DNA from: the human T2T-CHM13v2.0 reference genome, Homo sapiens
Length of the DNA stretch: 64,000 bases
Assembly: GCF_009914755.1 (NCBI RefSeq)
Contig: NC_060939.1
Strand: one strand, 5' to 3'
Part shown: positions 28,926-43,663 of the stretch, one piece after another
Position numbering within the stretch: position 1 is the stretch's first letter
Layout: each line of letters begins with the position of its first letter
The notes under the pieces: generated by a model
Databases searched by the model: none
Seen by the model: only the letters and a program-made list of their open reading frames with translations
What the model was told of the DNA's origin: nothing
Position numbers and translations under genes: made by a program

Positions 28926-30083
28926 CAGGCCCTTTTCTGCACCTGCAGTGTAATAGATAAAATCATGGAGGTCTTTGTGTGATGAATTTGGACATATTTC
29001 TACTGGCCTTTGTTGAGGAAAGTTGTGATTTATAGGAAGTCTTTATTCTATATTAAATACACATAAACTACTTTCAACCATCTTAACAAGTGGCAGAGGG
29101 TGAGAAACTATGTACAATATTAAATTTCATTTGGATTATTTGAACTTTCTCTTAATTTGAGCAGAACTAGCATTATTAGAAAGAAAGAGCACGCTGACAA
29201 AATTAGTGGTGCTTCAAAAGTGCTTAGATATCACCCTGGGGCTTTAGGAGGGTTGCCTGCATTATGTAGGAAAACAACTTCATTACAAACCCAGTGTTGT
29301 AGAGTTCTAAAGGAAGTAACTTGCTGCTTGTTGAGGTTCTAATGACACATCACTCTTGTTTATTCTTTGAAGGGAATGTCTAGCAGGCCTCTGTGTAGCC
29401 AGACTTTGGTAGTGCACTCCTAAGTTCTTTATGCATCAAAAAGTAATAAAGTATCTCTTAAAATATGACATAGTCTAATTTGACCACTGATGTTAATAAT
29501 CTGGCTTCTCTCCCTTCTTTTTCCCTTATTTATTGAAGATCTCTCCCTTTTCCTGGCCAGAACCCTTGTGACCTTCTTCCTTTACACCCCCTGAGCTCCC
29601 TTATCTTCCATTGTTTACCTTCCATGGAAGAGGGTTAAATGTACTCAGTGGCTCTTTTGCCTCCTTAGCTAACATGAGAAGGGTCTGTTCTTTTACCTGA
29701 ACTCCACCAAAAGGAATTCCACATCTCCACTGGAGGTTTGAAATGCAAATAAACTGAGAGTAGTTTTCATGTCACAGATTTGGTTTCTCTGCTCCCTTCC
29801 CTTAGGAAATTGTATTTTTCTTTGCCCTGGCTTTTACCTGCTCCCCAGCCCTCCATCTTGCCTCAGCCATGTTGGTTCTCTGGCCCTTATTTCTTTTTAA
29901 GATCATTAGGTTTCTCTCATGTTAACTGTTGCTGCTTCCAAGACCCTCACCTTCCTCGTTTCTCAGTGTGATTTCTTTTGCTAATATGCTCACTGTCTAC
30001 CATGCCCCTTCCACTAAGCCTTCAGCAGCCTTTGCTCTGTTCCTCCAGAAATATTTCATGAAGTGGGAGCTGACCTGGGACAA

Positions 30084-30435
30084 TGCCAACTGTACAAGTG
30101 CCGCGGGCTGACTGTGTGCCTCCTGGCCAATCAGTTTGCCAGCCCCGGTAAGAGCTCGTTTCCTCCTGCTCCTTGACACAAGCTTTCCTCACTTCATGAG
30201 AGTTTCTGATTAGTATTCAGAAAGAGTTTTCTCTGATGGCATTAGTGGGAAATCAGACTGTCAATTTATTTATACCCAGCCTCAGGGCAGAACCACTGTG
30301 TGTGGGTAAAGCTATTAGATGCAGAAAATACTCTGTGTGTGTTTGTATGTACACATATTGACTGGAGGTGACGTTTAGAGTGGAAATCCATTGCCCCATG
30401 GGTTGGAAAGTGACTCACAGTGGGATATAAAAATG
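30084..30435 (+). promoter_or_regulatory. Candidate promoter/enhancer (NF-Y CCAAT box, CRE half-site, AP-1, TATA-like)
   Basis: GGCCAATCAG at 30125-30134; TGACGT at about 30369; TGACTCA 30411-30417; TATAAAA 30426-30432; local CpGs; motif evidence only. Confidence 0.3.
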
Positions 30436-30856
30436 CCGGAGAAAGATTTGGTGTTATTGCTAATGGAGGTCACATTTTCAAACCCCTAGTTAATGGTTTT
30501 CCCTAGAAATGCTGTGTCCTCTATGGATAATCACAGTATCATTTATGTCTGGACTTGCTTGCTCCAAACTTAAGGTGGTGGCCTAATCTCACATCATAAG
30601 GAAGGACACATCTCTCGTAAGTCTCCTACTTCTGAGATTGACAAAATGGGCTATTGGCCTGGGGTAGACCAGAACAGGGAATAGGGAGCAAGGGCTTCTG
30701 ATGGGCCAGCAGCCATGGTGTCTTGGTGGGAAGCACCCTGGATTTAGGTTTAGGGGAGCTAAGTTAGGGATGCAAGTCTCCTGCTTATTGAGAATACAGA
30801 GATAAGATGCTCAACTTCTCTCAAACTCATCATTAGGACTGTTGTAAGAGTTAAAA

Positions 30857-30965
30857 TATATACATACACATAAATATATATAATTTATATGTGTATATAC
30901 TATATTGTATATGCATATATATATGTATGTATGTGTGTATATATTCATGTATTTATGTATGTATA
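30857..30965. repeat. TA/TG-rich low-complexity repeat
   Basis: Degenerate (TA)n/(TATG)n. Confidence 0.85.
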
Positions 30966-33900
30966 ATGAAAGAACATGATCAGCACAAAAATCCAGGTTG
31001 GGTTGGATTCCCTTAATGTATTCTCGTAGCATCCTGTAGTTTTTGGTCACAGCACTTTCAAAACTATCATGAAGCAATTAATAATGTAATGCCTCTAGAC
31101 CAAGACAATTATTAAAATGACTCCTCTGGATTAAGTTATATGAGCGTATAGGGATTTTGTCCTTAGCCTGAGAATGTAACAATGTCTGACACTTGGAAAG
31201 AACTTACTATATATTTTTGCAAAAATGAATGAATAGTAAATGTTAATGTTTCTTAAGTCTGAATAGAAATGAACTCTATTGGGGATTTTCTGTGACTAAT
31301 GGACACTGACACCTCTACTGGTCTGCTTTATTTTGATTCTGGATTAAGTAAGAGTCAATAATATCCTAGGTGCCCATTTAATTTTTAACTATCTAGCAAA
31401 ATGAAAATATGAACCCCTTTTTACAACTATGACTCTTACAGCCTCCTGGACCTTGGTTTTGGCCAGTGTTTCTCATTTGTAGACTGACTCTTACTTTGAC
31501 ACATAGGTATCAGCAACACTCAGGATTGCAAATCTTATATGGGCATGTGGATACAGAAAGCCATAGCCAGAGTTCCTAGGCTGGTGGGTGTTTCTGATAT
31601 TTGGCCCATAACCCCATTAATAATTTAGCACTTGTTAGGCCATGTGTTTGGGGTTTGATTTAGGGAAAAAACGTGGTCACAGAAACACTAAGGAGAGCAA
31701 TCCTCCATGTTGGTATGTAGAGATAAATCATAGAATGTTAGAACATTCTGGAGGAAAGCTGTTTGGGATGCACTACCAAGCATCATGCAGATTCAGTGGA
31801 GGTTATAGTAACGGTCCCTTCATTTACGCAGAACATGTGTTGGCTGGCTGTACTACACAGAGAGCAAAGGCGGGTATTCACAAAGACAGAAGTAAGCCAT
31901 GATCTTTTAATTAAGAAAAGTTCCTGTCTCATTTATTTCCTATTTGTCCCCCCTCCACATCCCTTTCCTAAAAAGGGTCATTGAAGGCCTGAAGATTTCT
32001 AGATTCTTGATCTTTTTTCCAGAATTTACCTACCTGTTCCATGTTTCACTTCATCTGGCCTTGAATCTCCACTGAATGGCTATGTAGCAGTTATGCACTA
32101 ATAAACAGTGCAAGAATTGGTGTTACTTTGCTTATTAGTGGACACTATTTAAAGAGCCATTAATAAAAAGAATATCAGTAATTGTCAGATTGATGGATGA
32201 GATGATTTGAAGCCGGGAGACTTTTGGCTTCCATAAGCTAAGACCCTGCCAAAGGTGAGGACTCTGAAGGTAAAGGTGATACAATCTAGACCTGCAGGTA
32301 GATCTAATACAACCTCATCTCTGTGCCCAATATTGGGGTTTTCTCTTCTGTCTATAGCAACTGTTGCCCCTTTGCAGAATTTCAGCAGTATGCTCCTATC
32401 TTCTGCTACCCGCCACGGCGTCTTTAATTTCCAAGTCTCTTTCATTGACAATACATCCCAGTTCTTTTGTCAACCATAAGATCTAACCTGATCAGGTTAT
32501 GAACCTGATCATAACCTAATCTTTCTTAGGTAAGTAAGAACGAGACAGCTAAACAAGGTTGGAGGCAGGCAGGAAGCAGACAGGACTAACTGGAAAAGGT
32601 TTCATTAAAAAATAAAACATTTCTCATCATTTGAACTGAACAAAGTCTGCTAACAAGTGTTTTGCCTGCTGGGGTTTCCAGCTGTTCCCTCCTGAGCACT
32701 TGGGCATCAAAGTTATATGGGCCCATGGTAGGACTGTTTGCTCTGTTGCCAGGGCAATTACAGTCTGACAGTGCTCAGGTCTGTTCCTGTATTTATTACT
32801 ATTGTTATTACTTCCCTGCTCATGGACTTTGGGGGCCTCCCAACACAGATGCACACCCTGGGGAATCACAAAGCCACAGGCACATTTGTAGCCACGGCTT
32901 GGCAATTCTTGGATTGTTATGAATTTAGCATATTCCCTTTATCTAGTAAGCAGAACCATAGATGTTTAGACCTACTCCCGCAAGAAAGACGGTTTCCTGC
33001 AGAAAATGTCAGTTTTCCACTCCAGGCAAGGAGCAGAAAGGAGGGACTGCAGTATCTTCATTTTCATCTGAAAAGATCTACAGGGGCCGATTGACCGGGG
33101 CTTCATGCCTGACACTGGGCAGAGAGACATATTCATTGTCAAACTGCTCAGGTCCTAGACTTCCATTATTGCTACAGCTATACATAAATACATTTATAAA
33201 CAAACATACAAATAAATAAATTTACCCTTTAGAACAATCAGAATGCTTTGCATTCTTACTGTGTGCATGTTTCAAAAGGCAACATATACACGTATCATCC
33301 TCTCTTCAAATCTACTTACACTTTGGTAGGGGACGTTTGCTCAAAAACAGAGCAAAGTTTTAGAAACAATCTTTTCCCCTTAAAGTTAATTGTATTACTA
33401 ATCCAATATAGTCAACACATTTTTTTTTTACTGATTTTTTAAGTTCAAAGATTTGAAAATTAACCATTATTTTTTAATTTACTTATAGACTCAGTATGAG
33501 TTTTATACAGCAATCTCATTGCTTTTAAGACCTGAATTATGATTTTCTCTGCATTTGGTCAGGCCTCATTTACTGAACTGAATATAAAATTGCTATATGG
33601 CTTTTGGTCAGATATTATCTTTTAGATCATAACAGCAAATTCTAGCCATGCGTAAATCTGCAGACTGTAATGTATATTAGCCTCTCTTCCTGTTTGTGTT
33701 TGTTCTAAGTCTCTCCTTCTCCAAAGTATTCAGTCAAGCAAAACTTGAAGGAAAATAATAATAGTATTAATGAAGGAGAGTTTTAGTGACTAAAAATGCT
33801 CAGAACTTGAATGCCTACAGGAGCCAAGCAGGTAATGTAAATTCAGGGACTGAGAAAGTGTAAAACAGTATGGACTTAACTGCTTATGTTGCTACACCTG

Positions 33901-34843
33901 CTTAGCTCTTTCACCTTTAAAACACTGTGCAGGGACAAGCAACCAAAAGATGTCTGTAAGTATACACGTCCCAAAGTCCTAATGCAGAGAAGCTATTCTT
34001 CCTTCAGACATTCAAGGCAAATCCTATTTTAGTGTATGTTGTAGCTTCCTTAATACGCATAAGATCATTGGGGATTGACATTTCTTATTCCCTTCAATGA
34101 TCCTTTAAATGTCCACCCTGGACTCTAAAATGACACCCTGTACCAAACGCTGTGCTAGAGATGTAGAAATAAAGGCAATTTTTAGACTGGAGGCAGGTAC
34201 ATGAGTCACCTTCAAGAATTCAGACCATGCTTTTTTTCCCAACTCCTAAAACAGAGTCATGTACATAGTAAAAGCTAATTCAATGGCCATTAAATGAATG
34301 AATGAACAATGGGCTCTCACAATTATTTGCTGGAGATAATGATGCTAACCCAGTCCAGTTAGCAGAACTAGACTGGGTTAACATCATTATCTGCAGCAAA
34401 TAATTATGAGAACCCTGTAATTCTTCAGGAAGCCAAGGACACCTCTTAAAAAGACACCCACGCACAAATTTACATGCAATAAGAGGAGAATTACCAATTG
34501 CCACGGACTCTCATTGGTCAGTGAAACCCAGTTAAAAGCCTTTTTGCTAGAGCAAGCAAACAGTCCCCAGATAAACTGGAGATAGGGAGCTGGGAGATGG
34601 TGCTAAGCACGGTGACCATGCTAAGGTGTCATCCAAGTACAGGGCTCCATACCAAGTCACTCTCGTCGCTCTGAGAATGTCGCATTGCTTCATCTCATGT
34701 TCTGTGCAGTTTAACTAGTCAAATGAATCATTTTGTGGACAATTTCTCTATTCTCTGCTCTAAGATCTAAAGTTTCTTTCTTCGTTCAACTTCCACTTTC
34801 CACATAAATTATGTATAATGGGAATACTAATCTTTTATCTTAC

Positions 34844-34975
34844 CTCATTCAACAACTTCAGTTATGTAGAGGAATAAAAGCTCTGGCTTCCCTTGAATAT
34901 CACTTCTGAATACTTGGCCTTTCTGTGTTTTATCCATATCAAATGACCATGTAAAATTGGAGAAAAAGATTTCAG
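34844..34975 (-). ncRNA. Candidate exon (132 nt)
   Basis: Minus: strong acceptor TTTTGCTTCTCTTTTTCCAG|CTG and consensus donor GAG|GTAAGA; the longest frame ends in TGA just before the donor. Confidence 0.4.
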
Positions 34976-35139
34976 CTGGAAAAAGAGAAGCAAAACTAAG
35001 CAAAAATGAGTGGCATTTATATATCCATGTAAATGTGCATACACACACATATCTGTGATCTGTGCATATTCTGCTATGCCTCTGTGTGTAATATTACATA
35101 CTGCATAGGGAAAAAGTGTCTGAAAAAATTCACTTTTTT

Positions 35140-35340
35140 ATGGGGCATTTACTCTGTGCCTCCATGCAAGGCATGTGCACTTTATATCTCATTTAATCTT
35201 TATAGAAGCACTTAAGCAGTAGATAATATTTTCCCATTTTTAAGAAGAGGACATTGAACTTGAAGAGCTTATGTAACTCAAAAGTGGTCATTTGGACAGA
35301 AAGTTGGGATTTAGATCCCAGAGAGCTGACTACCAAAATA
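35140..35340. mobile_element. MIR
   Basis: GGCATTTACTCTGTGCC...ATCTCATTTAATCTT...CCCATTTTTAAGAAGAGGACATTGA...GGGATTTAGATCCCAG. Confidence 0.75.
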
Positions 35341-37899
35341 CTCCCTTTATGCTACTTAAAGTAGAGAGATCTTGCTGGAGAGTGTATTTTGGAGCAGTGC
35401 TACTCAAAGTATCTGGTCTATGAGCTTTTGATTCATTGGCTGCTGCAATGATAGAGGGAGCTTCTACTCACTATCCCAATGCCACCTTCATTGATAAAAT
35501 CAGCTGAACTAAAAACAGATGCTTAGTTACATGATTGATTTACATTCTGGCTTAGGCTTCTTATTTTATCACAAATAAAAGTTCATAACTATTTCACAGG
35601 CAAATGCTAATCTGCAGACCATAATTTGTATACCCCTGGACTTGACTATTATGGTCCTCTTACCTAACAAAAACAACTAGCCATTCCGCATGACCAGTGA
35701 AGATATGCCTAGTGGACCACTCTCCTGGCAGACACCATATGGAAGATTAGGGAGCAACATCTTCATATTAAAATTATTTCACATTTTGAAAATAGTTTTG
35801 ATTTGTGTCTTATCCCCATCATCTTCCAAGAACACTGGATGGACTTGAATGAGCTGCTGTGGGGCTTGGAGGTCTAAGTAAAGATTAGGATTGATATTCC
35901 ACTGATTTTCACTGGCGTGACTATACCAATTGCTAGTGCATTACAAGACTTCCACACCTATGGGTTAATGGCCCCTGCTCATACCCACCAAGTGAATCCC
36001 CTACCCACTACTTCTCTATCCTATTCTTCCCCACACTTCTTACATGATCCACCAGGACCTTACTGAGATTCAGAAACCCAAGGGTTAAAGCCAAACAAAA
36101 CGGAACTCAGCTCCATTGCTGTGGCCAGCTTCTGTTCTAATTGGTCGTTGTCCTTTTCATTTGAGTTTCTCAAAATGATGTATGTAACCATGGGGAGAGC
36201 AGCACCTTTCTCCTTCTTCCCTCACTCTGTGGTCTTGGAAGGAAAGTTCAAAATTAGGTCTGAGAGAAACCATAGAGACCCAGGTCTAAAGAGATTACTC
36301 CTGCTAGTCACCACACGAGGTAGCTGCAGGTAGGTTTCAGAAGCCAGGATGTGGAGCTTAGGGATCTAAGGGCCAGAGAAGATGAGTGCAGGAAACAGTG
36401 GTCACAACAGCAAAGGGGAGGGAGGCAGGCTGTTGTTGCACAATACTGGGCTTGTGCATGTCTCTGGTGCCATATTGAGTTTTTTGGTGGAGGCATGAGA
36501 AAAGAGAGAGGGAATCTGGAAAGGTAGAACATAATTTATAAGAAAGACTGACCTCCAGATCTGCAAAAGCTCTTGGTAAACAAATCCATGAAGTATAAAG
36601 CCTCTGTTGAAATGGACAATTTAATAGAGTCAGGGACTATTTCTGTCACTCTGGCTCTACTGCTACTTAATTACATAACTTTTTAAATGCAGTTTATGCA
36701 TCCGAAAAAAACAGAGTTTGGCTTGATCAGACTCTAGGCTACCTAATGATATAGTCTCTGATTCACATTTACCCTCTGTATGCATCCTCTAGAAAAACAT
36801 GGAAATGTAATCACAGAGGGTTTTGCTGTCTGCTGTGGTCATTCATGGTGTAGGGACAATTTCACCAATAAAAGACCCAAAGGAAGGTCCAGCATAGAAA
36901 TGAAGGACATGTTTGAAGTCTAGCCCACACCTTCAACCCTGCTGTGCCAGTGAATATATGGCCTTTTTTGCAGTTACTAAGGAAACAATTGTCAGTAATG
37001 GATTAGGAAACCTGGGCTGAAAGGACACACACAGAGGAGGCTTTATATGGAGGAGCCCATCAGATGAAAGCTGGCAGAGACACCAACATGCTTAGTGATT
37101 GATCCAGTCCTCAGCATGAAAGCATTAGAGTCCATTTGTTGGGGTCGATAAGTGGAGAAGCCACAGAGCCCATCCACCAGCCCTCATGCTTTCTTCTCTG
37201 CTACCTATTAGAGTTCACAGATCTGCATGGTCTGATTGACTCAGTTTTAACTTCTCTGTTGGGTGCATGTCAAGGCAGGGAATATACACACTTAATTCAA
37301 GTTCAGAGCCTCTCCAAACCTGTTTAAAACTCCAAAAGTCACTGTCTTTCAACTCATGCTGGCTCTTTGTAAAGGTTCTGAGAATGTTTGGAGGGACAAT
37401 ACTAAGGAAATAGATGTCTCATTGCTATTTCTTCACTAGACCTTTTTGCTGGGGGTTTACCTCCCCTGCCAAGTAGACACAAGCCTAGTGACCCTAAAAA
37501 AGTTAAGGGGAATCTAGGTGATACCAGGTAGTTCATGGGAAGGAAAAAGTAGGACCCTAAGAAACTAGATAGGCCTAACCAGCTCATTCCTTTGCCTTTT
37601 ATTATTGAATATTTAAATTAAAATATTAAATTTAAATTTAATGATTTATAAAAGTTAATTTTAAATTTAATTTTATTTGTAGATTTAAAATCACATATTA
37701 CATAAAATATCTTAATTCAGATACACTTTTTTCAGGCTTACATGCATTGCTGAAGGAAAGAATGAGTGGCAAAAGCAATTAGGTAATTTGCGGATTTTAA
37801 AAAAATAAGGAAAACGCACCAAGAAAATATTTAAATCATGCAACCTCATCGCGCATTTCTAACCAGTTAACATTTTTGTGCCCATATAGCATTACAAAA

Positions 37900-40500
37900 A
37901 TTTAAAGTAAAATTGGGGTCATAAAGAATATAGCATACTATAGTCAATTATACTTTACATTATGATTATATCCCTATGACGTTGCCAATTTGAAACACAT
38001 GATGTCAATATTTCCACGGTGTGAATTCACTCAAGTTTATTTGACTAGTAATAGACTGGTGCACATTTTGGACTGTCTCTGTTGCTCATTTTACGATTAT
38101 TTCCTTAATATTAATTTCTGAAATTTGTATTGTTAACGCCAAGAGTTTAATTAAACACTATTAAGGCTTTCGAAATACACTTCCAAATTTTCCTTGGAAA
38201 GACTGCAGTGGTATGTACTTTTGCCAATGATAGAATGTAACAGTGACTGTTTCCAGTCCATTTCCAGGAGACGATTATGATTTGGGGCTGAGAGTAAGCC
38301 TACGATGAGAAGAGAATCATAGTATTTTATTGTTATATTAATTTGCATTTTATATCAAAGCAAATTAACATTTTCTTCTCTGTTGGAATTATGTTTATTT
38401 TGTTGTTTCCATTTTAGTTTAGTTTATGGTATTTCAGGTTATTTAGATATATTCAAATTTTATATATCTAATCATTAATATTTTCCTTTATGATTTCTTC
38501 CTTTGAAAATATACATTGAAAAACCTTCTCCTGGTTTGGAGATGATAAAACATTAATGTATTCTATTCCTTTTTATCATTAAATTCTTTGATCATTTAAC
38601 TCTTTAATCAAAATAATTTTTTTTTTTTATATTTGGGGTAAGATTTTTCTCTCAAATATTAACCAACTGCTTTTGAGTTTTTATCTTTATTGTAGTCCTT
38701 TTCCTGTTGCCTGAAGGGCTCCTTTGTCAACTACAAACTTACTTACCCCAAGATTTTTGTGCTTTCTCTATTCTTCCTTTGATCTGCCTGCCATGTTTTA
38801 TATCAATACCGAAACATTTCATCATCATCGCGTAGAAGAGCTTTTTCTTATCTGTAAGGGAAAACCCTCATTAATAGTTTTTACTTTTTATTCTGGGATA
38901 TTCTTGCCATGTATTCTTCCAGAGGGGAATTTGTTTTCCAAGTCTGAAAATCCCCAGTGGCGTTCTGATTTCCTATGCTTTGATAGACTAATAGGAGGAG
39001 AATCGATATTGCATGGTCCTGGGCCTTGCTTTCCCAGAATTTATTTAGATGTTCCTTGCTGTCTCTTGGTCCTAGGATTTATCACATAACCCTTGGGATA
39101 TTTATTATTAATTTCATTCTCAGATATTTTATAGTTCTGTTGCTATTGTGAATGGAATTTTTATTATATTTAATAATTTATTTTGCTGGTTTAAACAAAG
39201 AAAATTGATTTTTGTATATTTAATTTGTAACCTGTCTATTTACTCAATTGTTGCCCTATCTCTAATAAATTTTGTCTTTCAGTTGATGTCTTTAGTTTGT
39301 TTTAGGATATAATCAGTCTTCAAATGAAGATAATGTGATTATTCCTTTCTAATATGTATGACTCATTTTTTCTTATCTTATTGAATTGTCTGGGTCTTGC
39401 CAAATAATAGGAAATAACAGTGGTGAAAGCAGGCCATAATTTTGGTGATAGTTTTAACAAGGACTGTGTTAGTGTCAAGTACGATTTTGACAATTGGTTT
39501 TGCATGAGCATTTGCTGCTGTTATTGATAATAATAAGTACTTATATAATATGCAGTGGACCAACTACTGATCTCAATTTATATATTAATTCACTGAATTA
39601 TCTCAGCAACTCCATGAATTAGATATTATTATGCTTATTATAATTATTATTTCCATTACATAGATGAGAAAACCGAGGCACTAAAAAGTCAAAGGGCTTC
39701 CTCAGGACCCTGCAGTTAGAAGTGGAAGCACTAGGACTGTAACCCCAGCAATATGGGTCTTGGGGCCTGTGTTTACACACACCATGCCAGGCTATCTTCT
39801 CAGGTTTACAGAGAATCCTGGTGGGCTCATATGAGATGACTTGTATCAGACATAGATGCATCCATCTAGAAGTTCCTGATATTTTCTTCTGTTCTCTGCC
39901 CTTTATCTTGATATGTTAGGTATGTTAACATCTATACTAGCAGATTTCCTAATGATACCATCATCATGCCATTCTTAGAAAAATACTCTCTAAATCATTT
40001 ATATTTTTATATATTTATATTTCTGAACATAAATTTTTTTAAAATTGAGATATCTATGTATGTATGTATGTATGTATGTATGTATGTATGTATGTATCTA
40101 TCTATCTATCTGTCTGTCTTTGCTGTTGGCTTGCTGCCCTGTTTATATATTAGTAATGCAATAATCAGTTTTTGGTATTAGGATTATGTTAATATTATAA
40201 AAGAAATTATGAAACTTTTTCTTGTTTATGATGTGGTTTGCATTCAATGTTTCCCCTTCTCTTGGTTTGTCTTCCTGACACTCCTACCCAAAACATTTTG
40301 AGGTGCAATACTTTCTCTTCAAAATTATTTATATCTTGCTCCACTGTCTTAGGTATTAGTAGTATGAATAAATATTAGACTGTTTAATTTCAGTTATTTA
40401 TAGGGATCTTGATCCTTTTTTCTTTATTTTCTTTAATTATATTTCAAATACTTGGAGATCCTGTTTGATATGTAAATTCAGATATTTTTTGGACCGTAGG
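37900..40500 (-). mobile_element. Diverged old L1 fragments (with a nested MIR at about 39540-39790)
   Basis: Antisense L1 motifs such as TTTTATTGTTATATTAATTTGCATTT and TTGCTATTGTGAATGGAATTTTT; MIR core CCATTACATAGATGAGAAAACCGAGGCAC. Confidence 0.6.
40051..40118. repeat. Compound tetranucleotide STR (TATG)n(TATC)n(TGTC)n
   Basis: Read directly from the sequence. Confidence 0.95.
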
Positions 40501-40676
40501 TGAGTACTTTCTTCCTTCTCCTCATCCTCCTTTCCTTCCTTTTCCTTCTTCTTGGCTTCTGCTATGACTACCATACTATCTGAGTTTGAAATTCCAAATG
40601 GAAGCATATCACTTTTCCCTAATCTCTTCTAAAATTCCTATTTATATGTTTAGCTCATCATTTTAATCTAATCTGT

Positions 40677-41080
40677 TGTGTTAGTTTTGTATTGCTGTAA
40701 GGGAATACCTGAGAGTGAGTAATTTATAAAGAAAAGAGGTTTATTTGGCTTACAGTTCTGCAGGCTGTAAAAGCATGGCCACAGCATCTGCTTAGCTTCT
40801 GGTGAGGCCTCAGGGAGCTTTCCCTCATGGCAGAGGTGAAGCGGGAGCAGGCATGTCACATGGTGAGAACAGCAAGAGAGAGAGGAGCAGGTGCCAGGCA
40901 CTTTAAACAACCAGCTCTTGCCTGAACTAACAATTCACTCGTTCCCATGGGGAGGGCACCAAGCCATCCATAAGGGATTCACCTCCATGAACCAAACACC
41001 TCCCACCAGACCCCACCTCCAACATTGGGGATCACATTTCAACATGAGATTTGGAGGGGATAAATATCCAATTCATATCA
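40677..41080 (-). mobile_element. MaLR solo LTR (MST-type, MSTB-like)
   Basis: GTAATTTATAAAGAAAAGAGGTTTATTTGGCTTACAGTTCTGCAGGCTGT...CCCCACCTCCAACATTGGGGATCACATTTCAACATGAGATTTGGAGGGGA...ATATCA. Confidence 0.92.
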
Positions 41081-43161
41081 TCCACCTTTGAGATATTGGA
41101 AAACTTCTTGAAGTTGTCTTCTCTGTAATATATTTTATTTTCTACATTGAACAGTCTAACTCACAATTTTGGCCTTTAATTTAGAAATTGAATTTTAATC
41201 TCAATAGTGATGTCACTTCTAATTTCTTATTGTTTCCTTTTTGTGCCTTTTAATGTAGTTTCACCAATGCAATATACTCATTTCTTTCAGAAAATATAAA
41301 CAAGAAATTTCCCAGATTTTTCCTATTTCTGGCAGTAAATCTATTTCACAAAAAGACGTTTTTTTGGTATCTTCAGAGTGGCCCCCTTTTATCTGCAATA
41401 TTTCTTCACAGATTTAATGTCTTTCCTCTGTGCATGTTTACAGAGGATGTTCAATGATGCTCTGTTTTATAAAAAGTGATTGCCAGAGGTTGTTGTAAGA
41501 CTTTGGGGCAGATACTAAACCCTGTTCACTTATAACTTGGTTTTGTAACAAAGACACAGGCCCATGCAAGGTTTGAGGATTGATTTGGGACCATCACACA
41601 AAGCCAGGACCTCCAGAGATGACAACTGTGGTCAATAAATTAGTAAGACCGCAATCTGCAAAGGGACAATGTGGGCATATTTGACTTTCTTGGCCATGTC
41701 TTTGGGTAGAGCAGTAAAAATGGGCAAAGTCTTCATTCATAATTTCTAAACACAGCCCTCCTTCAAGCAGATTTGGAATCACAATTCAAATGTACCTGTA
41801 GCTCAAAAGGCCTCAAGCCAAAAATTCTCTCTATAGTGGTTCCTGATTGGTAGTGTCCTCAAGTACTTAGGGGAGAAAAACAAAAGTTCCAACTGAAGAA
41901 AAGAGCGCTAACACCAATCTACAAAAACAGACTTTAATGTTAAAAAAAAAAGTTTAGCATTTTAAAAATTATAAAATAATTGAGCAAACAGGACTACACT
42001 ACTGACACTCAACAGAAAAATCAAACTACTGTACGATGCCCAGAAACACTGCATATGCAGGAATAATCAGGTATGATAATATAAAATAACCATGGTTATA
42101 CGTTTTTCAGAAATGGTTTTGAGATGAATGAGTTTACAAGTAGATTCAATCTAGTTGAAGAAAGAATTATTAATATGGAACAAAAATATGAAAAAAATCA
42201 GAATTTACTACAGTGAAACAAAGAAATAGAAAATAAGAAAGTAAGGTTAAGAGATGTGGAGGACAAAGGGAAAATAGAAAACATAACATACGTTGAATAT
42301 TATCTTTGATTTCCTTGACAGAGGTAAGGGAGAGGCAATATTCAAAAAGATCATGGATGACATTTTTCTAGAATTATTGAAAAATACTAATTATCTTGTC
42401 AATAAATTCTAAATAAAAGAAATGAAAATAAATTTAAATCTACCTCAGAAAATCCAAGATAAAGAGAAGATCTTACAAACTGCTAACCTAAATTCCACCA
42501 TTCATTTGTAGGCATATATAACTTTTAAAACATTTTTTCCAGGTAGCAATAATTTCTTAAAGTATTCTTTAAAATTTCTGAAATATGTGGATATTTTCTT
42601 GATGAGATTATAGAGCCCCGTCTCCTGGAAATGTTTACATTTTCCTGGCAAACTATGGCAATAAAGTCTGAAAGTGTGTGTGGAGGGGAGTGGGGTCTGA
42701 GGATCATCACCTCTGCTTTCATTGCCAAATCTTTGGCATAAATTGTGTGACTGCCTGCTTTGTACCTTGACTTTATTCAACTTTATTTAAATCATGCGCA
42801 TTTTTCATATTCTAAATGGTTGTTATAATTATCATTTTAATAGCTTCCTTATATTACATCAAATTTATTCCATTACAATTTCCTCAGTCATTCCTCGCCT
42901 ATTAGACACTTATGGTTTTATTTCCCTCAAATTTGGATTATTATATATAATACTGTCATAATATACATTTTTATGCCTATAGCTTCCCTTTTATTTTGGT
43001 TCAGTTTATTAGGAAGGGTTCCCTGAAGTGACATTACCATGTCAAATGTTATGGAGCCACTGCCCTGAAGGTCTCGATTAATTTACACTTCCACCAGGTA
43101 TTTTGATATGTGCCAGTTTCAGCATGAGGGTCAGCACTGAGTATTATAAGTTTAAAATAAA

Positions 43162-43663
<502 letters not shown>

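Noticed and set aside
37605-37690. 18-bp palindrome ATTAAATTTAAATTTAAT in an A/T-only stretch
   Set aside because: Palindromes are trivially frequent in two-letter low-complexity sequence.
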